Shown piece by piece: positions 1 to 8,267 of a stretch of DNA of 32,000 bases; the stretch's first letter is position 1, and each line of letters opens with the position of its first letter. The position numbers and the translations under genes were made by a program. Source of the stretch: Erysipelotrichaceae bacterium OH741_COT-311. Its GTDB lineage: Bacteria; Bacillota_I; Bacilli_A; Erysipelotrichales; Erysipelotrichaceae. The stretch is from NCBI GenBank assembly GCA_003858585.1, contig RQZE01000005.1:106883-138882 (forward strand), read 5' to 3'. The notes under the pieces are model-generated. The model saw nothing but the letters and a program-made list of their open reading frames with translations. It was not told the DNA's origin and did not search any database.

Positions 1-548
1 TCTACACGATTATCAATGTGATATACACCTAAATTATAAATATTCGCATTTAACTTAGTTAACAGTTCAGTAATCACATTAAAAGTACCAGGTTTATCTT
101 CAATATCACGCACTACAAAACGAGAGCCCACACGATAATACCCTAGCAAATCAACAAAAGCATCCAAAATATCATTTTTAGTAATAATACCGGTTACTTT
201 ATATTGTTCATCTACCACCACTAAGCAACCAATGTTATGCTTACGCATCAATACAGCAGCCTCTTCAATGATACTATCCGCTTGAATCGTAATAACATCT
301 TTAATCATGATTTCTTCGACACATGTTTTTGATAATAAGTAATTTAATTCATAGATGGATAAACTCGTAGCCTGACTTGGAGTATGCGCACGTACAATCC
401 CCTCTGTAATTAAACCAATCAATTTCCCATCTTCTACAACCGGCAGACGATGAAAATTATGAGTACTCATAATATCTAAGGCTTTTGAAATTGAAGTTTT
501 AGAATCAATACAGTAAGGATGATACGTCATTTTATTCTTAATAAACAT
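1..548 (-). CDS. CBS-pair + ACT domain protein (AcuB-like), N-terminal part only; C-terminus lies beyond the window edge
   Basis: Absent from the ORF track because it runs off the edge. My minus-strand translation from ATG 548-546 gives MFIKNKMTYHPYCIDSKTSISKALDIMSTHNFHRLPVVEDGKLIGLITEG...IMIKDVITIQADSIIEEAAVLMRKHNIGCLVVVDEQYKVTGIITKNDILDAF (two CBS motifs), then RFVVRDIEDKPGTFNVITELLTKLNANIYNLGVY (ACT-like). AGGAGG (complement of 555-560) lies 6 nt upstream, inside the livF 3' end. Confidence 0.75.
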   Translation of the reverse strand, partial: MFIKNKMTYHPYCIDSKTSISKALDIMSTHNFHRLPVVEDGKLIGLITEGIVRAHTPSQATSLSIYELNYLLSKTCVEEIMIKDVITIQADSIIEEAAVLMRKHNIGCLVVVDEQYKVTGIITKNDILDAFVDLLGYYRVGSRFVVRDIEDKPGTFNVITELLTKLNANIYNLGVYHIDNRV

Positions 549-550
549 AA

Positions 551-1255
551 TTAACCTCCTAAATACGCTTTCTTTATTTCATCACTATTCATCAGTTCAT
601 GCCCACTACCACTATATACAATACGCCCGTTTTCCAAAACATAGGCACGATTTGAAATCTTTAACGCCATCTTGGCATTTTGTTCCACTAATAAAATTGT
701 TGTTCCGCTACGATTAATTTCCTCTATAATATGAAAAATCTCTTTAATTAAAAGTGGTGCTAACCCCATACTTGGCTCATCCAACAGTAAAAGCTTTGGA
801 CGAGACATCAAAGCCCGAGCCATCGCCAACATCTGCTGTTCACCACCACTTAAGGTTCCCGCAAGTTGCTTGCTACGATCCTTTAAACGAGGAAAATAGC
901 CATACACCCAATTTAAATCCTCCTTAATTTTAGCTACATCTTTACGAGTATATGCACCTAACAATAAATTATCTTCAACACTCATTTTCGCAAATACTCT
1001 ACGACGCTCAGGGACTTGCGATAAACCATGTTGAACAATTTTATCAGCCGAAATTTTCAATAAACTTATATCATTGAAATGAATTTGTCCACGCTTAGGC
1101 TTTAAAAGCCCACTAACAGTATGCATGATGGTTGTTTTACCTGCACCATTGGCACCAATTAATGAAACAATTTCTCCCTCTTGAATCTTGAAACTGATCC
1201 CTTTAATTGCTTCAATCATACCATAACTAACATATAAATCTTTTATTTCTAACAT
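551..1255 (-). CDS. livF: Branched-chain amino acid ABC transporter ATP-binding protein LivF
   Basis: 234 aa with Walker A GANGAGKTT, signature LSGGEQQ and Walker B LLLLDEP. N-terminus MLEIKDLYVSYG is typical of LivF. It is the last ATPase in the livHMGF order. Confidence 0.9.
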   Translation of the reverse strand: MLEIKDLYVSYGMIEAIKGISFKIQEGEIVSLIGANGAGKTTIMHTVSGLLKPKRGQIHFNDISLLKISADKIVQHGLSQVPERRRVFAKMSVEDNLLLGAYTRKDVAKIKEDLNWVYGYFPRLKDRSKQLAGTLSGGEQQMLAMARALMSRPKLLLLDEPSMGLAPLLIKEIFHIIEEINRSGTTILLVEQNAKMALKISNRAYVLENGRIVYSGSGHELMNSDEIKKAYLGG

Positions 1256-1257
1256 GA

Positions 1258-2016
1258 CTATTCTCCTAAATACGCACGGATGACCTGCTTATTATTTAAA
1301 ATCTCTTCTTTACTACCACTTGCCAATACCGTTCCGTAATTTAAAACTGTAATCTTCTTACATATACCCATAACTAACTTCATATCATGCTCAATCAATA
1401 AAATCGCAATGTTAAATTCCTTTTGAATCTTATCAATCGTCTTCATTAATTCTAAGGTTTCATTTGGATTCATACCGGCAGCAGGCTCATCCAGCAACAA
1501 CAACTTTGGATTACTTGCAAGAGCGCGAACTATCTCCAATTCTCTTTGTTTTCCATAAGGTAAATTTCCTGCCTTATAGTCTTGATATTGATCTAAATGA
1601 AACAACTTCAACAAACGTAAAGCTTCCTGATTCATTAATTCCTCTTGTTTAAAATACGTTTTTGTTTTAAATAACCCATCAACAAAGGAATATTTAATAT
1701 GCGTATGCATACCAATCTTAACATTATCCAATACACTTAATTCGTTAAATAAACGAATGTTTTGAAACGTTCGAGCAATTCCCTTTTCCGCAATGGCATC
1801 TACAGAAAGACCGACAATACTTTCACCATTTAACAAAATACTACCATCACTAGGTGCATATACACCAGTTAATAAGTTAAACACTGTTGTCTTTCCAGCT
1901 CCATTAGGTCCAATTAAACCAACCAACTCTTTTTCTTTAATTTCTATATGAAAGCGATCAACTGCTCTTAAACCACCAAAATTAATGCCCAAACCTTCAA
2001 CCTTTAACACACTCAT
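1258..2016 (-). CDS. livG: Branched-chain amino acid ABC transporter ATP-binding protein LivG
   Basis: 252 aa with Walker A GPNGAGKTT and LLLLDEPAAGMNP. The FGGLRAVD motif is typical of LivG. It overlaps livM by 4 nt. Confidence 0.9.
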   Translation of the reverse strand: MSVLKVEGLGINFGGLRAVDRFHIEIKEKELVGLIGPNGAGKTTVFNLLTGVYAPSDGSILLNGESIVGLSVDAIAEKGIARTFQNIRLFNELSVLDNVKIGMHTHIKYSFVDGLFKTKTYFKQEELMNQEALRLLKLFHLDQYQDYKAGNLPYGKQRELEIVRALASNPKLLLLDEPAAGMNPNETLELMKTIDKIQKEFNIAILLIEHDMKLVMGICKKITVLNYGTVLASGSKEEILNNKQVIRAYLGE

Positions 2017-2972
2017 GATGGATCCTCCTTACTCTTTTTAAAACGCTTCAAAAACACACTATTCTTTGTAAGCATCATTACAATCAAAGCAAGCGCATAG
2101 ATAAGTGTACGATAGCTTGCAAGACCACGTAATACTTCAGGAAGAACGGTTAACACAATTGCTGCAAATATTGATCCTTTTAAATTACCCATACCACCTA
2201 AAACAACCATAACCAATAGTTCAATCGACTTATCAAACTTAAATACCTTAGGCTCTAAGATGCCCATATAATGTGCATATAGACCACCGGCAATTCCTGC
2301 AAAAAACGCCGCAAAGATAAATGCAATAATTTTATAACGATTGATATTAACACCGCTTGAAAGGGCTGCAATTTCATTTTCACGAATAGCCAATATTGCA
2401 CGACCACTACGACTTTTAATCAATGAATAACAAAAAATGGTTGTAAGCACCGCAAGGAAATATGCAAAAGTAAAGGTTGTATAACGACCAATACCAATAT
2501 ATCCACTAGCACCACCAAAAAATGGTAAATTTAATAAGATATTACGGATAACTTCCCCAAAAGCCAAAGTAATTATAGCCAAATAATCTCCTTTTAAACG
2601 CAATGTAGGAATCCCAACCACAATACCTGCCACCAATGCCATAAGTCCACCAAACAGCAAACCCAACGGAAATAAGACAATTGGAGGCAACATAGTAAAT
2701 GTTTTTGTAATATAAGCTGCACCATAAGCACCAATCGCCATAAATCCTGCATGCCCTAATGTAAGCTGCCCCAAAAAACCGGTTGTAATATTTAAACTGA
2801 CCACTAAAATTATATTAATACACACCGACAATAAAATCCCTTGCCAATAACGATTAATTAGTCCGAAATGAACCATTAGTTGTATAACAGCATACACCAA
2901 TACAATAAGAGCTAGTGCAATAGCGATTTTAACTTTTAAAGATAACTTTTTATCATTGATACCAAAACGCAT
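2013..2972 (-). CDS. livM: Branched-chain amino acid ABC transporter permease LivM
   Basis: 319 aa polytopic membrane protein with the GQLTLGHAGFMAIGAY motif of LivM-type permeases. It sits between livH and livG. Confidence 0.88.
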   Translation of the reverse strand: MRFGINDKKLSLKVKIAIALALIVLVYAVIQLMVHFGLINRYWQGILLSVCINIILVVSLNITTGFLGQLTLGHAGFMAIGAYGAAYITKTFTMLPPIVLFPLGLLFGGLMALVAGIVVGIPTLRLKGDYLAIITLAFGEVIRNILLNLPFFGGASGYIGIGRYTTFTFAYFLAVLTTIFCYSLIKSRSGRAILAIRENEIAALSSGVNINRYKIIAFIFAAFFAGIAGGLYAHYMGILEPKVFKFDKSIELLVMVVLGGMGNLKGSIFAAIVLTVLPEVLRGLASYRTLIYALALIVMMLTKNSVFLKRFKKSKEDPS

Positions 2973-2980
2973 ACCTTATC

Positions 2981-3868
2981 CTACACTTTCTCTTTTGAAT
3001 CCTTACCAAGAATCCCACTTGGTTTAAAGACTAACATAATAATTAAAATGAAAAATACAATCGTATCCGACATTTGTGATGAAATATAAGCCTTTGATAA
3101 TGCCTCAACCAAACCAAGCACAAAGCCACCTAAAACAGCTCCGGGAATTGAACCAATCCCACCTAAAACAGCAGCAATAAATGCCTTTATTCCCGGAAGT
3201 GCTCCCACATAAGGAGTAACAACAGGATATAAACTACAATACAAGATACCTGCAACAGCAGCTAAAATAGAACCAATCGCAAACGTCAATGAAATAGTCT
3301 TATCAACATTAATCCCCATCAACATTGCTGCCTGCATATCTTCACTGACAGCTTGCATCGCTTTTCCGGTTTTACTTTTACGTACAAACAAATCTAAAGC
3401 AATCATAAAAGTAACAGAAATAAAGAACGTCAAATAGTAATTAGCACTAATGGTTACATTCCCCAAAACAAAAGACGGCAGTGTTATAATACTTGGAAAT
3501 ATTTTAGGATTTGATGTAAAGGTAAGATGAAATGACGACTGTAATAAATAACTAATACCAATCGCTGTGATTAAAATAGATATACGAGATGCATTTCTAA
3601 GCGGTTTATATGCAATCTTCTCAATTACAATACCAAGCAACGCACAAATAATAATTGAAAGTAAAATAGAAAGCCAAACCGATAATTTTAATACACCATA
3701 ACAATAATACATCGCATAAGCACCAACCATGATAATATCTCCGTGAGCAAAATTGATTAATTTTGCAATTCCATAAACCATGGTATACCCTAATGCAATC
3801 AAAGCATAAATACTACCAATATTTAATCCATTAATAATCTGTAAAATGAACTGTGAAAATCCTTGCAT
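2981..3868 (-). CDS. livH: Branched-chain amino acid ABC transporter permease LivH
   Basis: 295 aa polytopic protein. N-terminus QIINGLNIGSIYALIALGYTMVYG...INFAHGD is the conserved LivH signature. Confidence 0.88.
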   Translation of the reverse strand: MQGFSQFILQIINGLNIGSIYALIALGYTMVYGIAKLINFAHGDIIMVGAYAMYYCYGVLKLSVWLSILLSIIICALLGIVIEKIAYKPLRNASRISILITAIGISYLLQSSFHLTFTSNPKIFPSIITLPSFVLGNVTISANYYLTFFISVTFMIALDLFVRKSKTGKAMQAVSEDMQAAMLMGINVDKTISLTFAIGSILAAVAGILYCSLYPVVTPYVGALPGIKAFIAAVLGGIGSIPGAVLGGFVLGLVEALSKAYISSQMSDTIVFFILIIMLVFKPSGILGKDSKEKV

Positions 3869-3882
3869 AAGGTCCCCCCTTT

Positions 3883-3919
3883 AATATAAAAATAGAGAAT
3901 ACTTCAAGCATTCTCTATT
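3883..3919 (-). terminator. Intra-operon hairpin and U-tract between livJ and livH (partial terminator or attenuator)
   Basis: 10-bp perfect stem AATAGAGAAT (3891-3900) / ATTCTCTATT (3910-3919) with a 9-nt loop. On the minus strand it is followed by TTTATATT. It lies 4 nt after the livJ stop. Confidence 0.55.
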
Positions 3920-3923
3920 AAAT

Positions 3924-5051
3924 TTATTTTGAGTATGTTTGATATTTACCATCTTTAATGACAATGTATCCTAAATCCTTAATCGGATCACCATTTTCAT
4001 CAAACTTTAAATTACCCAAGATACCATCATAAGAGATGGTTTTCAATGAAGAAATAATGGATTCTGAACTTAAATCACTATTCTCTATTGAAGATAATAG
4101 AACACCCATTGTATCGTACGCTAAAATAGCAAAGGAATTTGCATCCACACCATATTTCGCTTTGTAACCCTCAAACCAAGCAATGACATCTGCATCATCT
4201 GGTGCATAATGATTCACAAAGATAGAACCATCTAGTATTTTAGCATCTTCAACAACTGCTAAAACACCATCCCAACCATCACCACCAAGAATTTGAGCAT
4301 TCATTCCTAAAGATCTCGCTTGAGATACGATTAAAGCTACATCTTTATAGTAATTTGGAACAAACAATACATCCGGATTTGTCGCTGCAATCTTCGTTAA
4401 TTGTGCTGAAAAATCAACATCTCCACTGTTATACCCTTCATTAGCGACAACATTACCACCCAAAGCAGTATATTCTTTTATAAAATTTTCTGTTAATCCT
4501 TTTGAGTAATCCGAACCAGTATCATAAATAATCGCCAGATTCTTTGCTTGTAAATCATTGTAAGCAAATTTACCTAATACTTTTGCTTGAAACGGATCGG
4601 TAAAACAACCTCTAAATACATTATCACCGGTTAAAGTGAAATCTAACGCTGTTGCACTTGGTGAAATAATCGGTGTTTTAAACGACTGTGATGCAGAACC
4701 GATCGCAATCGATTCTCCAGACACTACACCTCCAAATAAAGCAACAACCTTATCTTCATCTACTAATTTGTTATAGGCATTAACTGCCTCTGTATTATTT
4801 CCCTTTGAATCATAGGCAACTAATACATAATTTGTACCATGCTTCGCATTGTATTCTTCCAGATAAAGTGAACCACCATTGAACACCGCATTTCCATAAA
4901 CGGAAAGCTCTCCTTCTAACGGTCCAACAAAACCTATTTTAATCGCATCTTTATCATTTTTGTTTTCATTTTGAGTTGCTTCTTTAGTCGAACAAGAAGC
5001 CAACAGCCCTAACATCAATAATAGCGATACCAGCTTAAATAGTTTTTTCAT
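3924..5051 (-). CDS. livJ: Branched-chain amino acid ABC transporter substrate-binding lipoprotein (LivJ/LivK family)
   Basis: 375 aa with a signal peptide and lipobox LLASC. It has the type I periplasmic-binding-protein pattern (IKIGFVGPLEGELSVYG...). It is the first gene of the liv operon. Confidence 0.85.
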   Translation of the reverse strand: MKKLFKLVSLLLMLGLLASCSTKEATQNENKNDKDAIKIGFVGPLEGELSVYGNAVFNGGSLYLEEYNAKHGTNYVLVAYDSKGNNTEAVNAYNKLVDEDKVVALFGGVVSGESIAIGSASQSFKTPIISPSATALDFTLTGDNVFRGCFTDPFQAKVLGKFAYNDLQAKNLAIIYDTGSDYSKGLTENFIKEYTALGGNVVANEGYNSGDVDFSAQLTKIAATNPDVLFVPNYYKDVALIVSQARSLGMNAQILGGDGWDGVLAVVEDAKILDGSIFVNHYAPDDADVIAWFEGYKAKYGVDANSFAILAYDTMGVLLSSIENSDLSSESIISSLKTISYDGILGNLKFDENGDPIKDLGYIVIKDGKYQTYSK

Positions 5052-5076
5052 AACTTTTCCCCCAATTAATATCTAC

Positions 5077-5105
5077 ATTATAGTATGAAAAAAATACAGT
5101 TTCAA
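5077..5105 (-). promoter_or_regulatory. SigA-type promoter of the liv operon
   Basis: Minus strand reads TTGAAA (5105-5100), a 17-nt spacer, then TATAAT (5082-5077). Only about 25 nt separate the -10 from the livJ ATG, with GGGGGAAAAG as the SD. Confidence 0.6.
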
Positions 5106-5117
5106 CATTATTTTGAA

Positions 5118-5132
5118 AATTTACAGAAAATA
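5118..5132. promoter_or_regulatory. CodY-box-like motif (candidate only)
   Basis: AATTTACAGAAAATA matches the recalled CodY consensus AATTTTCWGAAAATT at 13 of 15 positions. It lies 13 nt upstream of the liv -35. It overlaps a 14-bp palindrome AGAAAATATTTTCT (5125-5138). Confidence 0.25.
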
Positions 5133-5213
5133 TTTTCTATTTCTTTCAAAATGACATTGTTAGACAAAATAAATCTTTCAGTTTACACTATATACAACAG
5201 AGGAAGTAAATAT

Positions 5214-5855
5214 ATGAAAAAAATACAGTCAAAAAAATCAGTCATTTTAGGAGAAATACTAAACGCTGTCACACATGGTTTAGGCGTTGGTTTAAGCATC
5301 GCAGGACTCATTGTTCTCATTTTAAAAGCTCTTAATATTCAGAATCAAATCGCAATTATCAGCTTTACGATATATGGAAGTTCAATGATTCTATTATTTC
5401 TTGCATCTACTCTTTACCATAGTTTAAAGTTCACTAAACTTGGCAAAATTATGCAACGAATTGATCACTCATCCATCTACGCTTTAATTGCAGGTACCTA
5501 TACACCGTTTTGTTTATTGGGAATTAAGGGATCTCTAGGAATTGCCGTATGTATCTTTGTTTGGATCTTTTCTATTATAGGAACTGTTTTGGAAATACTC
5601 TTTTTAAATAAAATGGCAAAAATCTCTGTCTTTTTATATCTTGCTATCGGCTGGGTTGCCATTTTTACCATAAAACCTCTTTACGATACTATTGGTTGGA
5701 ACGGATTACTCTTTATCCTTTTAGGTGGAGCCAGCTACTCTATCGGTACAATCTTTTATTCTAAAAAACATAATAATCTATATCATGTGATATGGCATCT
5801 TTTTGTACTATTAGGTTCATTCTTCATGTACATACCGGTATTCCTTTATCTTTAA
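5214..5855 (+). CDS. Hemolysin III family channel protein (Hly-III / YplQ-like, 7-TM)
   Basis: The ORF track starts at 5085, but I call ATG 5214, which is preceded by the SD GAGGAAG. This gives 213 aa, the normal family length. Motifs include EILNAVTHGLG, STLYHS, DHSSIY and HLFVLLGS. Confidence 0.85.
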   Translation: MKKIQSKKSVILGEILNAVTHGLGVGLSIAGLIVLILKALNIQNQIAIISFTIYGSSMILLFLASTLYHSLKFTKLGKIMQRIDHSSIYALIAGTYTPFCLLGIKGSLGIAVCIFVWIFSIIGTVLEILFLNKMAKISVFLYLAIGWVAIFTIKPLYDTIGWNGLLFILLGGASYSIGTIFYSKKHNNLYHVIWHLFVLLGSFFMYIPVFLYL

Positions 5856-5858
5856 AAT

Positions 5859-5887
5859 AAAAAATATTCCCTAGGGAATATTTTTTT
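5859..5887. terminator. Bidirectional rho-independent terminator shared by the Hly-III gene and glgP
   Basis: Perfect palindrome AAAAATATTCC-CTAG-GGAATATTTTT is flanked by A-runs on one side and T-runs on the other. It sits between the convergent stop codons at 5853-5855 and 5886-5888. Confidence 0.75.
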
Positions 5888-8267
5888 ATAACTTCCAAAT
5901 ATCAGAAGCATATTCTTTAATGGTACGATCTGAACTAAAATAAGCCGATTTAGCAATATTATACAAACAACTTCTAGCCCAATTTGCTTGATCTAAGTAG
6001 CGAGCACGCACTGCTTCTTGTGCTTTTACATAGCTATCAAAATCTGCAAATAAGAAATACTCATCATTGCGATAAATCAATTCATCAAAAATCATCTTAA
6101 ACTCATTGACATCCGTACTAAATGTACCATTAATTAACGAATCCATCACCTTCTTAATACGAGGATCACGATTATAGTAATCAATACAGTTGTAAGAAAA
6201 TCTTAATTCTTCTACTTCATGTGCCTTTAATCCAAAAATAATATCATGCTCACGTGTAACCAAACGGTCAATTTCAACATTGGCACCATCTAACGTACCA
6301 AGTGTTAAAGCTCCATTCATCATAAACTTCATATTACCGGTACCGGAAGCCTCTTTTCCTGCTGTCGAAATTTGTTCTGATACATCTGCTGCATTCATTA
6401 AGTATTGAGCAACTGTAACACGATAATTCGGTATAAAAACTACTTTAATATACTTACTAATTCGAGCATCCTTTTCAATCACGCTTGCAACACTATTAAT
6501 CAACTTAATTACCTTTTTCGCAAAATGGTAAGCCGGAGCTGCCTTTGCCCCAAAGATAAAGGTCGTCGGAACCATCTTAAAACTTGGATCTTCCTTCATA
6601 CGTAAATATAAATAAATGATATGCAAGATGTTTAGCAATTGACGCTTATACGCATGCAGTCTCTTTGCCTGAACATCAAATATAGTATTTGTATCTAACT
6701 CAATATCATATTGGTCTTTTAAAAACTTCGCTAAAATTTCTTTACGCTCATGCTTAATTTCTAAGAAACGCTTTTGTACTGCCTCATCATTAATATACGC
6801 TTCTAACTTCCCTATTTGATTAATATCCTTACGTAAATCTACGCCACAAGTCTCTTCAATAAATTTAGTAAGCTGTGGATTTGAGTACAACAACCAACGA
6901 CGATGTGTAATACCATTGGTTTTATTATTAAATTTTTCAGGATAAATATTCGCAAAATCTTTAAAGACATCGTGAATTAAAATATCCGTATGCAATTGAG
7001 CTACCCCATTTACACTACTTGAACCAACAATCGCTAAGTTTGCCATACGTACATTGCCATCATGAATAATCGATACACGATTAAATAACTCAGCATCATT
7101 ATACTTATGACGAATAAATCCTTTAAAACGATTATTAATCTCCTCAATAACCATATAAACACGAGGTAATAACTTACTTACATACTCACAAGGCCACTTT
7201 TCCAATGCCTCTTGCATAACTGTATGATTCGTATAACACATTACTTTATTCATAATGTCCCACGCTTTATCCCATGAGTAATGATACTCATCCATTAAGA
7301 TGCGCATTAACTCCGGAATCGCTAAAACAGGATGCGTATCATTTAATTGAATCGTAACTTTATCCGCTAAATTATCCAAAGAAGGATAATCTAACAAGTG
7401 ATTGTTAATAATAGATTTTAAACCCGCAGCCACAAAGAAATACTGTTGTTTTAAACGCAAATACTTGCCATGTTCATTAGAATCATCCGGATAAACATTC
7501 AAACAGATTTCATTTACACCTGCTAAATAATCACGAAAATCAATATTGCTTGGTATTTGATCACTAGCTTCTGCCGACCATAAACGAAGGGTATTGGTTT
7601 GTGTAGTATCTTGTCCGACAATCGGTATATCACATGGTACTGCACTGACATGTTGACAATCCACATGATCAAAATACATTTCACCGCTTTCTGAAAACTT
7701 CATCTCGACACGACCCCAAAACTTTACATCTACCGCTTGTCTTGGTTTACGAATTTCCCATACATTTCCTAAACGTAACCATTGATCCGGTACTTCTACT
7801 TGATAACCATTTACAATCTTTTGTTTAAATAAACCATATTGATAACGAATACTATTTCCATTAACAGGATAATTTAAAGAAGCACTTGAATCCAAGAAAC
7901 AAGCAGCCAAACGACCTAAACCACCATTACCAAGCCCTGCATCCGATTCAATTTCTTCTAACTCATTAATATCAAATCCTAACTCACTTAAACCTTCTTG
8001 AGCAATTTCATATAACCCCAAATTCATTAAATTATTTGTCAATAAACGACCCATTAAAAACTCTAGTGAAAAATAATACACTTGTTTATTTTTATGGCGT
8101 TTATTTTCTTCTTTTGTCTTTTTTAAATTAATTGATGCATACTCACGTACCATTTCTCCTAAAATAGAATAACGCTCAATACTACTAACTTCTTCTACAC
8201 TACGACCATACGTCTTTTCTATTTCTTCCAGAAATGCTCTTTTAAATTCCTCTTTATTTTGAAACAT
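5886..8267 (-). CDS. glgP: Glycogen/maltodextrin phosphorylase
   Basis: 793 aa. Motifs include YFSLEFLMGR, GLGNGGLGRLAACFLDS and the PLP-site region EASGTGNMKFMMNGALTLGTLDGANVEI. Confidence 0.95.
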   Translation of the reverse strand: MFQNKEEFKRAFLEEIEKTYGRSVEEVSSIERYSILGEMVREYASINLKKTKEENKRHKNKQVYYFSLEFLMGRLLTNNLMNLGLYEIAQEGLSELGFDINELEEIESDAGLGNGGLGRLAACFLDSSASLNYPVNGNSIRYQYGLFKQKIVNGYQVEVPDQWLRLGNVWEIRKPRQAVDVKFWGRVEMKFSESGEMYFDHVDCQHVSAVPCDIPIVGQDTTQTNTLRLWSAEASDQIPSNIDFRDYLAGVNEICLNVYPDDSNEHGKYLRLKQQYFFVAAGLKSIINNHLLDYPSLDNLADKVTIQLNDTHPVLAIPELMRILMDEYHYSWDKAWDIMNKVMCYTNHTVMQEALEKWPCEYVSKLLPRVYMVIEEINNRFKGFIRHKYNDAELFNRVSIIHDGNVRMANLAIVGSSSVNGVAQLHTDILIHDVFKDFANIYPEKFNNKTNGITHRRWLLYSNPQLTKFIEETCGVDLRKDINQIGKLEAYINDEAVQKRFLEIKHERKEILAKFLKDQYDIELDTNTIFDVQAKRLHAYKRQLLNILHIIYLYLRMKEDPSFKMVPTTFIFGAKAAPAYHFAKKVIKLINSVASVIEKDARISKYIKVVFIPNYRVTVAQYLMNAADVSEQISTAGKEASGTGNMKFMMNGALTLGTLDGANVEIDRLVTREHDIIFGLKAHEVEELRFSYNCIDYYNRDPRIKKVMDSLINGTFSTDVNEFKMIFDELIYRNDEYFLFADFDSYVKAQEAVRARYLDQANWARSCLYNIAKSAYFSSDRTIKEYASDIWKL

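Noticed and set aside
5052-5076. Possible T-box or riboswitch leader for the BCAA transporter
   Set aside because: Only about 25 nt separate the predicted -10 from the livJ ATG, far too short for a T-box (roughly 200 nt or more) or any known riboswitch. No specifier or antiterminator-like sequences were seen.
5085-5213. 43-codon N-terminal extension of the Hly-III ORF (the ORF track starts at 5085)
   Set aside because: There is no SD before 5085, and that ATG lies inside the opposite-strand liv promoter spacer. The ATG at 5214 has a GAGGAAG SD and gives the usual family length of about 213 aa. The extension is not hydrophobic or Hly-III-like.
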